Source of the DNA: Sarea resinae
Lineage: Eukaryota
Assembly (NCBI GenBank): GCA_026026165.1
Contig: JAPEUD010000001.1
Coordinates: 868,001-932,000 of the forward strand
Direction: 5' to 3'
DNA length: 64,000 nt
The position numbers and the translations under genes were made by a program. The notes beneath the pieces were generated by a model, which saw nothing but the letters and a program-made list of their open reading frames with translations, was not told the origin of the DNA and searched no databases. Shown here piece after piece: positions 26,099 through 38,299 of the stretch (positions are counted from its first letter, which is position 1; each line of letters starts with the position of its first letter).

Positions 26099-27393
26099 AT
26101 GGCTTCAGTCAAGAACACCCAGTAAATGCCTCCTGGACCTCATTCCTGAGCAAAAGCAAGCCAATGATCACCCCGCTAACCCTCCAATCTTCACATCTAG
26201 GAAAACATACACCCTCAACACCGGCGCCAAGATCCCAGCCATCGGCCTCGGAACATGGCAATCCAAGCCCAACGAAGTGCGCGACGCCGTGAAAGCCGCG
26301 CTTGAAATCGGATACCGTCACATCGACACGTACGTGACATGACCCCCTTTATTCCTTATTGCCCTTTCCCACGGTTTTACGGTGCAATTGACATTGTCCT
26401 TGATTATCGCTAACCTCAATCCGCACCCCTACAGCGCCCTAGCATACGGCAACGAAGCTGAAGTAGGCGAGGGAATCAAGGCCTCGGGCGTGCCCCGCGA
26501 CCAGATCTGGATCACCACGAAGCTGGACAACCCATGGCATAAGCGCGTCCAAGAGGGGATCGACTCGTCGCTGAAGTCTCTGGGCGTCGACTATGTTGAT
26601 CTGTATTTGATGGTATGGAAGCCCGAACCCCACCAGAAGTTGGGAGGGCGGGAATGCTAATATTGGCGGTATCTAGCACTGGCCCTCTTCGACCGATCCT
26701 AGCGATCTCAAGAAGCACTATCCGGACTGGAACTTCATCGACACATGGTAAGATTCCCCTGCATTCCCGATTCCCGATTCGCGGTATCCGATCCTGAATC
26801 TCGCCCACCAACGTTCCAATCTTACCTTTCCCCTCCCCACTCGCTCCTCTCAGCCCAACTCGGAGAACTAACATGCGACCGCACCACGGTCTTTCAGGCG
26901 CGAGATCCAGAAGCTGCCGGCGACGGGCAAAGTGCGGAACATCGGGGTATCGAACTTCGGGATCCGCAACCTGGAGAAGCTGCTGAGCGACCCGAGCTGC
27001 AAGACGGTGCCGGCGGTGAACCAGATCGAGCTGCACCCGAACAATCCGTCACCGAAGCTGGTGGCGTACAACACGTCCAAGGGCATCCACTCGACGGGCT
27101 ACTCGTGCCTCGGCTCCACCGGCTCCCCGCTCTACAAGGACCCCACCCTCCTGACCCTCGCCGAGAAGAAGGGCAAGACGCCCCAGCAGTGCCTGCTCGC
27201 CTGGGGCCTGCAGCACGGCTGGAGCGTCATCCCCAAGAGCGTCACGCGCGAGCGCATCGCCAAGAACTTCGAGCTGGACGGCTGGGAGTTGACGCCCGAC
27301 GAGGTCAAGCAGCTGGACGGCCTCAAGGATCGCTTCAAGGTCTGCGGCGATTCCTGGTTGCCCGTCAAGGTCTTCTTCGGCGATGACGAGTAG
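26099..27393 (+). CDS. Aldo-keto reductase (glycerol/D-galacturonate reductase-like), multi-exon
   Basis: [72 protein letters not shown]. Confidence 0.9.
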
Positions 27394-27921
27394 GCAGGGA
27401 TATCTTTCATGTTGAGTAGCGATGTCGTCGAAACGCGCATGGTTTCGTGACTGACGGCCCGAAACTTCTCATCTCGCGTCTTCATGACAATGGAAAGAAT
27501 ACACAGTGATAGAACAGATATACATCGATTATAGATATACCACTGATTTTCACAAGTACCCTCAAGAGCATGGATCTCTGTATATCTTGAACTATATATA
27601 TTCCCATCCGAAGAACCCCGAACTTCTTCGATTCTAGACTTTTCTTCCCCACACCCCATGCAAAGGGCGAGGGACCGGGTCCTATATATGCAGTGCATGT
27701 GCAGGTACATAATGTACAACAGCAACAAACAGATCTTCGGTATCTACACTTTCACAACACCACACACGCAACCCTATCCAACTCTGTTTTCCTCATGACT
27801 CGTAGATCGATGCCCCGATGAATAGATGCTCCTGTAGTTGCTGCTTGATCTTGATCCCAACTCCTTGGTGGTGCTAAAGAACGGACGATTGAACGGACAA
27901 ACGAGATGCCTTTTGTGCTGC

Positions 27922-29193
27922 TCATTCCCCACTCATTTGTAACATGTGCCCCATCTTTTCTATCTGTAAAACATGGATATTAGCAGACTGCGGACTAGTA
28001 AGGCAAACGCAGAAAGAACAAACCTTCGTCTTGAGATACCCCCCAACCTCCGGACTGTGGATCCCCATCTTTCCACCCGTCGACCAAGCTAAGGGAACCA
28101 TCGCCACCCTCTCCTTAACAATCACCTCTCTGTTCGGTCCCTCCACCGCTCGGATCTTATCCGGATTATTCGTCAGTAGCCTGATGCCCGGCTCGCCCCC
28201 AAGGCCCAGATCAACCAGCATCGCAGTCGCCAGCCCATAGCTGCGTGCGTCGGCTGGATGCCGAAGCAGCAGATTTGCTTCCACGGTGTCGGAACCCAAG
28301 TCTTGCAGATTGTACGCCTTGAGTTTCTCACCGAGGCCGATGCCACGCCCTTCTTGGCGCAGGTAGATTATTACCCCGCCTGGTGATGACCGCAGTGACA
28401 TTAGGCGCGCTGCTTCGTCGAGCTGTTCACCGCAGTCGCAGCGTGCGGACCAGGCCGTCTCGCCTGTGTAGCATTCAGAGTGGATCCGGACGAGGGGCGT
28501 CGGTTGCGTGGAATCAGAATCGGAATGGGATTTGGAGGTAGAGTTGGGATTTGACTGCGGAGTTTGTGCTTCGGTTTTTTGGGAAGGTTCTGATGTTGAC
28601 GAACTTTGCTGCTGGTCTGGCACCGGAGTTGGATTCCGGGGAGAGGGAATCCCTGACGAGGTGAGTTTCGACACCTGCGACACCCCACTGCCCATCCCGC
28701 TTGTTGCCCGCCCGGGATACAGTCTGCCAGTATAAGCACCCCGTATCATGCGGTCCATCTCCGTCTCGCCCGGCCGCGGGGCATCCAACGATCTCGACCG
28801 GATATGCTGCCCAAACACAATAGCCAAGTGCTCCTTGTTGTCGATGTTGTTCTGATACAGATGCAGGAACATCTCCGTGCCTGCCGTCGTGGGGATGCGG
28901 GCACGGACCACACAGTTGACTTCCGGAAGGGTTTCAAGGAGTTTCTGGTGTGGTCGGGTATCGCTCGAGGTGTCGACGGGGACGGATTTGGCTTCGCGGA
29001 GGACGGCCGGAGTGCCGGTGCCCGGGGTCGAGGGAGGGGTGAAGGCCGGACTGATGAGGGTGGCCGGCGGCTCTTCTTCGTCGGATAGGGGGGACAGGTC
29101 GTCGTGAATATGGGAGGAAGCGGGCGCGACAGGACGGGGAGAGTAGAAGGCGGGGAGGCCTGTTTCGCAAGGGGAGTCCGGGAGATCGGGCAT
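27922..29193 (-). CDS. RIB1: GTP cyclohydrolase II (riboflavin biosynthesis)
   Basis: [50 protein letters not shown]; intron ~27964-28023. Confidence 0.95.
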   Translation of the reverse strand: MPDLPDSPCETGLPAFYSPRPVAPASSHIHDDLSPLSDEEEPPATLISPAFTPPSTPGTGTPAVLREAKSVPVDTSSDTRPHQKLLETLPEVNCVVRARIPTTAGTEMFLHLYQNNIDNKEHLAIVFGQHIRSRSLDAPRPGETEMDRMIRGAYTGRLYPGRATSGMGSGVSQVSKLTSSGIPSPRNPTPVPDQQQSSSTSEPSQKTEAQTPQSNPNSTSKSHSDSDSTQPTPLVRIHSECYTGETAWSARCDCGEQLDEAARLMSLRSSPGGVIIYLRQEGRGIGLGEKLKAYNLQDLGSDTVEANLLLRHPADARSYGLATAMLVDLGLGGEPGIRLLTNNPDKIRAVEGPNREVIVKERVAMVPLAWSTGGKMGIHSPEVGGYLKTKVCSFCVCLTSPQSANIHVLQIEKMGHMLQMSGE

Positions 29194-30696
29194 GGTGGGA
29201 GAGGATATGGCGAGATGAGGGGAGGAGAAGAGAGGAGGAAACGAGTAGGAGGTGGTGAGGAAGGAATTGGATATATACAGAGCGCCTGAATCGGAGATGG
29301 GTGGATGTAGCTGCGGATGCGGATGGGGATGGAGATGGTGGCTAGAAATGCTTCGGAGACGGTTTTACTCAGAGTCAAGGTGCAATGCAGTCATGGTGGG
29401 GGGAGAGATTGTCCGGGACTGAGTCGGCCTCGGCATTGCGCGATACCGCCCGCCAAGGGAGATGACTAAGCGGCCAAACATCAACGAGTCAACAATCATG
29501 ACGACCCAACGACTCAACTTCTATTGAGCACGTAGGAACAGGTCTGCCTATTTACTGGACCTTCCAGCTTAAGTGCGCAGTATTTTCTAGATTACTGTAG
29601 TCCACTACAACGATTGACTGATACAGAAGCTCGTATAAATTGAGCCGACCTGCTTCATGATTGAGTAATTAGATAATATCATTATCTGCTTTAGCAGAAG
29701 AGTTGTTGCTTTCTATTAGTACTATTATAAATCTTCTGATACGCCTCTACTCTTTTGTAGTCGCTTCCTAGGGGGTTCGGGTGAGCTCAGAGACGGTGAA
29801 GGCGTTTCTAAAACAATTCGTAGGAACTGCTAGGCCAGCGTATGCTTGCTCGCATTCTGCTTGCAGAGGCGCCACTCGTCCTTTTGTCGGTTTTGGTCTG
29901 CTTTATATTCGTCCTCATGAGAAGAAGACGCCATGATTTCCGGCGAATGATTCAAATGATTGTAATGCAAGCCAACAAACTGATTTGAAGAATTCTTTTG
30001 AGAATCGGGATAGTGTTGGACACTAAAAGTTGAAAGGGGCGGAAAATAAGCATATAGGACCGCTGTCCCCAGGTATCTCGCTCCTGCCGCATCCTGCATG
30101 CACAGCCCTTTCGGATTTTCACAAGGCTCTTTGTCATGCCAACTACCAGTGCCTTACGGTATCTCCTACATGGCACATTGGTGAGAGAGGCCGATAAAAG
30201 GAATGACATGAAAGCGTCCCGAGCCTGTTGGATTGACGAAGAAAGCGAGATAGATTCTGAGACCAGAACCGTACTTTCTCTGATCCCCAATTTAAATCGA
30301 TGCCCCCCCTTGGGCAAATAAACGGCGATCCAGGAAGGATTTTCCATTTCCATGAAACCTTCATATCACCAGGGCATCCCTTTGGGCGCTTGTAGCATGA
30401 TACTGCTGGGTCGACATGCGTGACAGAAGTAGTTCAAACAGCCTTACATGAGAGTGAGGATGGAACCCGGAAACCAACTTCTCATCTTTGCACACAAAAG
30501 AGCGTATACGAGCTCTAAGGGGCTTCTTTCCTGGCGAATAGATGAAGACGCATAGATGTTCTGCCGCTGAGAATAATTAAAGGACGATTCCTCGGTGGCG
30601 GAAGTGGTGGCGGAAGTGGTGGCGGCGGCAGCGGGCTCACCCGCGGGCAATGCAACAGCGGCGGTAGCGGTTAACATTCCTTGTGATGCGAACGGC

Positions 30697-31940
30697 CTAA
30701 GAATCCCACCGACGTCTCCCTATTAATGCATCCGAAACAAGGCAGATGCTGGTAGGTTTAACAGCTGCTAGGAAACGATAACAAGGTGATCTATATCTAT
30801 TTGCGAGGCTAGAAAGTGTAGTTCGGCTAGGAAGAAGATCTCGATGAGCAGCAGACAGCTCCTCCCACGTACCGGATTTGTACACCTCTAGAGCGGAGTG
30901 GTCATCTTGAATAGCCACATACTAAGGCAATAGTGTCCTCTGTACTGCCGTGGCCGGCCTAGTAGACCCATAGGGAATATAAGGCAGAGTGACGCGGGCA
31001 GCTCCGGTATTTTAGTCTAATTAGTGCCGCAATGTGCCGAAATATTCCGCATCTTTGGGCGTAAACGATTTATTATTGATTCAATGCACGTACCTAAGGT
31101 ATCCTTTAGGGTTCCCCTCTAGCGCATGCGCTCCTACTACTCCCCTAAGTTATGATTTATGCTAGGAATGATCTCTGTACAGTTGTCGCTATCCTCATTG
31201 TCTAATAACACCGAACCCTGAATTTGATTTGCCCTACGCCTATCCTGAAGGAGCCGAGGAATGTTGATATTAAGATGGCGAAAGAACGTAGAATCCCCTA
31301 AGACTGTATGTTTAATATAGTAAGGATATGAGATTAATCTCCGCGCATAGTCAGGACGCAATGCCACATAGAGCATATAATAAATTAGATCCCTGCGCAT
31401 CAACTGCTGAGTAACTGAGTGAAACGTTGTTTAAGACCAGCCGTAGTTAGGCTTATTGTTGATATGTCGGCTGTGGTGTAGATACATATCAAACTTAGTG
31501 CCCATTATGTCGTCCAACCTGACGTCGAACCACTAATTGAAGGCCGGCGCAGAGATTAATCTGGTCTTAGAGAACTCCAGCCTGTCCCCTAACTCTTTTA
31601 GTATAGCGCTGACATTGATGAATGGCCAGGGCACGAATCGTTATGACCAAATTGGTTTGGACCGAGGCTGTCCGATGGCCGCCGGGGTTGGATTTATCTT
31701 TCTTTGACTCTAGGATCCTGTTGATGCCAGCGGCATATCATCTTTCATCCCCCCCCCCTTCTGATCGTTCGTGACGTTCTACTCTCAGAGCATTTATACA
31801 TCCGTAGTGTGTATTCTGAGGGAAGTGCCAATTGCATGAAGTCTTCTTTGTTGTACATGGCGTTGATGCCCAGGGAATCGAGGGCATAATGAAGCTTATG
31901 CTATTCCTGTCTGATACGTTCAATGTCCCAGAGGAGTTTG
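30697..31940 (-). pseudogene. RIP-degenerate gene for an uncharacterised protein with putative Fe(II)/2OG dioxygenase (PhyH-like) motifs
   Basis: Mostly continuous minus-strand frame broken by TAG/TAA: FDMYLHH..NYGW..FHS..QQLMRRD..YYMLYVALRPD..LISYPYY..FFRHL[N/D]..QIQGSV..P[Y/H]GS..GTWEELSAAHRDL..DALIGRRRWDS. Confidence 0.55.
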
Positions 31941-32857
31941 TTATTAGTTCAGTATCGTTATATATCGAATTTGACTCCTAGTCTTTAGATGTAATTAAGC
32001 TGATGCTCTAGATACTCCAGTCTTAACCAGAGAGATTAGTGCAGGCCAGGCCTGGAAAGGGAGATAATATTTTTGGTCCCTAGATGTACTGGAACTATAT
32101 GATATTGCATTTAGTTGGAGCATCTTGAAGCTGCGTACACTGTTTTTAGAGTCGGCAGTCAAAGAAATCTTGCGCCTTTTTGAGGTGGTGCGCACCGGTC
32201 GACCCGCTTCAATCGCTTTGTTCTTTTGAAGGCGATCTTTCCGGAACTGCTCGTCCTTCTTTCAATGTTCAGGTGCTGCTGTGCTACTAGAAATGTTAAG
32301 CTATTAGAGAAAGAAACGTACAATTTAGACGTCCGGAGCGCTGGTGAATGCCATATAGGAGTACTGCAGGATTTGCATTCATCAGACTTGTGGTATAACA
32401 TAGGAGATAGTCGAACCATTATTCTGCCGTCGTCAACCAATAAGGTCTATCAAGGGTGATGGATGTCAGTAATCCGAGACCAGAAGCCAGATTGAGAAAA
32501 ACGTGCGAAAAGAACATGGTGGTTGAGGAGAAAGACGGCTCGAAAAGGTGGGAAACTATAAAGTATACGAATGTGAACGCCGAAGTGAATGGCGAATTCA
32601 TGTGAATATTGTAATGTGAGGCGAATGAATGTACTACACGCAATAATCGTAACGCAACGTAGCCTGGAAATAGACATCAACCCTGGACTGACCAAAGGCT
32701 GTCCACTCTCACGCAGGGAGGGGCTCTTGATCTCGAGAATGACAATGAACAACCGCCCCTCATCCTGTCGCAATCATCTCAAGGCTTCACATACAATTTT
32801 TCGAATGTACGTTAGAGTGGACTGAATCATAACCATAATTTCATCTATGATAGTAAA

Positions 32858-34451
32858 CTAAGCCTTCGCGGCTCCCGCCTTTATGAGGAGGATGTCACCG
32901 TCTTCCACCACGTAATCTTTCCCTTTCGTCATAACTTTGCCATTGGCCTTGACGTCGGCTTCATTTCCATACTCCTTGAGTGTGTCAAAATTGTAGACAA
33001 TCACTTGGATAAATGTCTTCTCAAAATCTGCAAAGGGGTTAGTATAGGTAAATAGTTACCATTGTGCGAAGGTAGAGAAACTCACCTCCATGGATAACAC
33101 CTGCGGCTTGAGGGGCCTTGATGCCTTTCCGAATAGTCCACTGCCGAACTTCGTCGGCACCAGTAGTAAAAAAGCTTCCCAAGTTCAAGACTTGTCTCAT
33201 CGTGACGATGACTTTGGGTAGAGCAGACTTAGTTCCAATCTTCTTGCACTCTTCTTCAGCTGCAGCATCATCTTCGAATCCGGTGAGACGCTCTTCGAAG
33301 GACACGGACAGTGGAATGATAGGATCGCCTGCGGAATTGTTTTTAATCCATTCAGCGATCTTTGGAAGATGCTTGTTCTTCTGACGGATGTAGTCTTTTT
33401 CGCTCAGGTTTACCAGGTAGACGACTGGCTTGGCTGTGAGAAGAAACAACGGGTTGATGACTTCGACCTAATGCATCACTTGTTAGTGTTGATGGTACAA
33501 CAATTAATGGTATGTGCAAAGTAATAGTAATGCGAAGGAGGAAGGGTCAGAGTAGGACATCATCTCAGTGCGGTCTCTGCGTTGTTTAATTGAGCCGCTC
33601 GACGAGCTGGGATTATTCGAGCGTATAGCTCTTTGTCATCATATAAAGTTCCGGAACATGCACAGTAAAGGTGAGAAAAAAAAGTCATCTTACCTCCTTG
33701 GGCGACCAGTTTCCTTTGCGGACATCTTTTCCGTCGTTTAGCATGGCCAATATCTTCTCAACTGTGGCCTGCTCTTCCTTAAGCTTTTTCATCTCCAAAC
33801 TTTGACCACCACGAGCAGTCTGTTTCTTGAGTCCCTCGAGAGCCTTGGTGACGAATTCAATGTCTTTGATCCGCAGCTCCTCGCTGATGATCGTCAAATC
33901 TCTCACGGGATCGACGTCACCTTCCACGTGTATGATTTCTGCATCGTCAAAGCATCGGACGACTTGGAAGATGGCATCCACAGCACGAATATGCGACAAG
34001 AAAGCGTTCCCGAGACCAGCTCCAGTGGATGCACCTCTTGTGAGTCCAGCAATATCGTAGACTGTCAAATTGGCAGGTACTTTGGACTTCGGCTTGTAAT
34101 GGTCACATAGCCAGTCGAATCGGGCATCGGGAACGATGACTCTGGCTTCTTCAGGGTCGATAGTGGCATAGGGAAAGTTCTATTACCGGCCCGTCAGCGG
34201 GAGGGAGTCGAGACTGGGTTACGAGCGTCTGCGAACAACGTACGGCTGGGTTTCCGAGAGAACATTTCGTGATGGCTTGAAAGAGGGTTGATTTACCGAC
34301 GTTGGCAAGACCAACCTAAAGTTGTGAATTTTAGCGACAGAGCAAGGGCAGAACGCGAGAGGTAGCTCCTACATACGATACCGCTCTTCAAACTGTTCCC
34401 TGGACGGCCCAAAAGAACCTTTTCCTCTTTGACTTGCTTCTTTGGAGGCAT
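32858..34451 (-). CDS. OLA1: Obg-like ATPase (OLA1/YchF), multi-exon
   Basis: MPPKK..LLGRPGN, GLANVGKST P-loop, NFPYATIDP, DIAGL, GLGNAFLSHIR, FFTTG.DEVRQW, GKDYVVEDGDI. Confidence 0.95.
33560..33647 (-). ncRNA. Intronic box C/D snoRNA, snR69-like (predicted guide for LSU rRNA Cm in GAGCUGGG)
   Basis: Box C ATGATGA (33642-33636), guide TAATCCCAGCTC (33615-33604), D' TCGA (33602-33599), box D CTGA (33568-33565), inside the ~225-nt OLA1 intron. Confidence 0.75.
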
Positions 34452-34717
34452 CTTCTTCTTCTTGCTCGCGAAACCACGGGTGAATGTGATATGGAGATGG
34501 ATAGATGGGCAGGCGGTAGGCGGTCGCAGTGGGGTGAGGCCAGATCCGACCGCAGTACTTGCTGCTGATCGTTGAAAACTGCTGAAGAGAGAAAAGAAGG
34601 AAGAGGAGGGGCGTGAGAGAGACGTGGTGAGAGGATGATGAAGAAGCAAGGGAGAGACGGTGAATTGGTCGTCCCTCAGTGCCGCCCTGCCTGCGATTCT
34701 GTGGGGGAAGAGGGAAT

Positions 34718-34748
34718 CGTGGTGGTGGTGGTGGTGGTGGTGGTGGTG
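34718..34748. repeat. (GGT)n microsatellite upstream of OLA1
   Basis: Direct read. Confidence 0.8.
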
Positions 34749-35341
34749 ATTGCGTTGGTGATGGGATAGGATGGGATGGGATGTTTGGGGGTTTGGCCGG
34801 CAACTGATGAACAGAAGAGCAGTCCTGAAGAACTTTTCTTGCTATTGCGTCTAGTACGAGAGGCCAAGTAGACGATGACTCAGCCTGTACGGCAGCCCTC
34901 GGCCTTGGGATGAATATCCTACGGTAGCCACGCGTGTCGGGTGTGCGGGGTCCCACCTGCTGAGGTACTCCGTACCTTAGGTACCTCCCGTCCACTACCC
35001 ATGTGCATGCGTAATGAGCCGCATGATGATGGAAGACGGCAGCTGGAGATCGATCCATGGATGATAGTGGAGCTCAGAGCGTCTCGATGACCATATCGCT
35101 CTTTCTCTCTTCCGCCTCCACCTGTTCTCATACTTCATACCCGATGCATTGATTCACCTTACATCCTCCGTCCCTGATATTCCTATTTAATACCTTAATC
35201 AAACGGTCCTTATCTAGTTTGTCCTTGCTTCCTTCGGACCTCCAAAATCTACCCGCCCGGTAATCCCGTGGACCGCGCGTCGCCGCCGTCCTTGCATCTG
35301 CAGTCGATGCGACCGGAGAGGCGATAGTCAAACCAGCAACC

Positions 35342-36290
35342 ATGGCTTCTGGGGGCAAAAAAAAGTCCTTCCAGAAGAGCTCAGGGAAGCATCGATCAAC
35401 ACTTTCGCTGCAAAAAACCGAGATCCTCATCAACGTCTACGACCTTCTACCGGTAAGTGTCGCGTGCCTGTGCAATCCAGTCAGAGCGTCGCCAAGCAAA
35501 ACTCCCCGAAAGCTTAAATACTTATGATATTACAGCCAGGGAAACTTTCTTCTATCCTATGGGCCATTGGTGGCTCTCTCCTGCATTCCGGTGTCGTCAT
35601 AGGCGACCGCGAGTACGCCTATGGCGGCCACGACCGAAAAGGCATGAGCGGCGTCTATTGGACGAGACCGCACATGGAGCCGCCCGGAGGGACTTTTCGG
35701 TGTGAAATTTTGCACGGTTTCACTATCCGGCCAGCGGAAGAGATCGAGGAGATCATCAGAAATGTATGCACCTTCAACATGCCCTGCGCGGGACGCCTCC
35801 AGATAGAATATGAAGGATTGGTCTAACCATGCCATCGCAGGTCTCCCAAAAATTCCAGGGAACATCTTATAATCTGCTTAGCAACAACTGCAACCATTTC
35901 ACATCCTACCTTTGCGAGCAGCTGACCTCGCGTCCTGCGCCGTCCTGGCTGAATCGTGCAGCGAGCATAGGCGTCGCCCTACCATGCGTTGTGCCCCGGG
36001 AGTGGATAGCTCCCCCAGATGCAGACACGGCGGATGGTGAATTGCTCGACGAGGATGAGGACGAAAGTACGTCCATGTTGAGAGATCAGGCTCGTAGGTC
36101 GCTGCATGAGCTTGACCACTACGAGACCGAAGATGGGCAAGGGGAGAACGATAGCTCAAGTGGAGGCGATGAAAGCAGGGGGACTGGCCGGCGGACTGGC
36201 GGCAAGGCAAAGGGTAAAGGTGCAGTGACAGACACCAGTGGAAGGACGATGCCTGTCAGCGAACGAGCCCCACTACCTATTTCCCGATAA
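35342..36290 (+). CDS. PPPDE/DeSI-family peptidase, 3 exons
   Basis: INVYDL, LLHSGVVI..REYAYG (catalytic His), YNLLSNNCNHF (catalytic Cys), PSWLNRAA. Confidence 0.9.
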
Positions 36291-36701
36291 GCCTGTCAAA
36301 CCTTTATCTGGGTCTGTTTACTTGAATTTTGGAATCTTGGCGTCGGCTCTGTATCTAGGCTCTGTCGAAGCTGGGGTGGCGGATTGTATATTTTCTGAAA
36401 CCTCAAATTGTGTCCATATCTCAACCCACTCATTATATACCAGGTTAGGAAATTCGTATATATCAGTAGATCAAATCAGCTACCCTTCCTCGTTTCGATC
36501 ATTGTAGAGCCCAGTAAGGTTTTCAGCCAATGATCTCGCTTTTAATGAAGACCAAATCTACTTCAAAAATACACCTTTCGGATGCAGATTGGGTTTATAA
36601 AATACAGTTCCAGCTAACAAAAGTAGGGGTTGACCATTTTTACAATTCCCAAATCCCCAATTGGACTCTTCAGCCTCCCCAAGACCCCAATATACCCATG
36701 C

Positions 36702-37532
36702 CTAACCCAGTCTACGGGGTTTAGGACTCCGGGGCCCTCCGAACTTGAGCTTCGTCGCATCCGTAACTCGACAGATCCGCCCCCTAATATTCCTCCCCTC
36801 ACTGCCCATGATAGCTTTCGTGACCGCTTCTCTTCCTTTGCCAAAGCCCTTCAGGACCAGCTCCAATCGCGAGATCTCTCCTAACAGCCCCTGCTCCTGT
36901 ATCCGTTTCATGACATACGCTGCGAGCTGATACGCGCAATCGTAAGAACCCCGCTGAGACTTCTTGAATCCGATATTTCCCGCCGAGACAGAGATGATTG
37001 AATCTCCATTCGCTTTAGCCAGGGTGAGATGAGTGTTGTGCTTGTGGGCATAGATGTGGAATCGATGGGGAGGCTTTTGAGAGGGAATGCTCTTGGCGGT
37101 GTCGAAAGCGCTGAGGTCGAAGTTCAATGCATCAGATAGTAGATCTGAGGGTGCTGAGAAGCGGCCTTGCTGGGTTTGTTGGGTGGAGGAGCGGCCAGTG
37201 CCCAGATCCCCGAAGGCCTTGGATAGGTTTGCGAGATCCTGGGGCTCGCTCAAGCTAGGAGAGGCAGAACGGTCTGTCCGAGCTGGTCGTGCGAATATAT
37301 CCGAGAGTCCCTCTTGACTCGACCTGGCCGCCGATTTCTCGGGCTCAGCCGTAACATTGGCGGGTTCATTGACAGATGATATTGGGGAGGTCGTTGACTT
37401 GCTTTCTTCGTCTGCTCGTCGTCGCGCGGTGGACGTGAAGGTGCGTGCAGAGAGGGAGCGGGACATGAACGTGGTCTGGCATCGCAGACAAGCCGAGGCG
37501 GCCAAAGACCGACGTAATATTTCCTTGCTCAT
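36702..37532 (-). CDS. Mitochondrial ribosomal protein uS11m (yeast Mrps18-like)
   Basis: Arg/Ser-rich presequence; HNTHLTL, SAGNIGFKK, LKGFGKGREA, DATKLKFGGPRSPKPRRLG. Confidence 0.9.
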   Translation of the reverse strand: MSKEILRRSLAASACLRCQTTFMSRSLSARTFTSTARRRADEESKSTTSPISSVNEPANVTAEPEKSAARSSQEGLSDIFARPARTDRSASPSLSEPQDLANLSKAFGDLGTGRSSTQQTQQGRFSAPSDLLSDALNFDLSAFDTAKSIPSQKPPHRFHIYAHKHNTHLTLAKANGDSIISVSAGNIGFKKSQRGSYDCAYQLAAYVMKRIQEQGLLGEISRLELVLKGFGKGREAVTKAIMGSEGRNIRGRICRVTDATKLKFGGPRSPKPRRLG

Positions 37533-38299
37533 TGTGATGACAGTGGGCACGACGAGCTGGCCATAAAGGTTTGGATGAACAGTTGAGAGCTTGGAAGTGA
37601 AGAAGTCAAAAGGTCGAAATTATCCCCTGTCACCGATGAAGCCGGCTGCCGTAGTACGGAGTAGGAGTGCTTCGTCCTTCGTACTGCGTATTGCACCTAC
37701 AATGTCCACCGTAGCCGCCGCAGCTGGAGAACGGATTTACCTCAGCAGGCTCAGACCATAGATCACGTGGACCCGGATTAACATCCGGCCCGTTCGGATG
37801 AATGACTAATCATTCCCAAAAGGGAAATCCACGAGATTATAGTCTGAGGCAGATTTACCAACTTTGTATAGACTGAGCGCGAGTTATTAACGCGTTACAG
37901 ATATTTAACTTAGTATATCTCTGCAATTATATCTGCAAGTATCTTTAAAACCTAATCACCTATAAAGAATATATAAGGCTATGTAATAGTCTGTTTTATA
38001 TCTTATAAGGATTATTAGTTTAGGATATCTTATACCTTAAAGTTAAAAACGCGTTAGTAGAAGCAAGCAGCTTTAATTCTAGCAGATATGCTAATTTATA
38101 ACTGCTACAGCAATATCTGCTATATACCTGCAGCGAATGATTTCTAATACACTCTAGGTCGATTATAAGCGCCTATAAGGGCTGTTTTTATCTGTGCTAC
38201 ACCTGCATAACCACCTTGCTATTAACTATATCTGCTGTTATTGCTTAGGTTAGATACTGCTAAAGAAACACACCTGCAAAGGGTTATATAACTGTAAGG

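Noticed and set aside
23642..27393. P450 + aldo-keto reductase as a secondary-metabolite cluster
   Set aside because: No backbone enzyme, transporter or cluster regulator nearby; flanked by housekeeping genes
29586..29610. TGTAGT-CC-ACTACA hairpin next to CTAG as a Helitron 3' end
   Set aside because: Loop of 2 nt, AT-rich stem, and the base after CTAG is not the expected T
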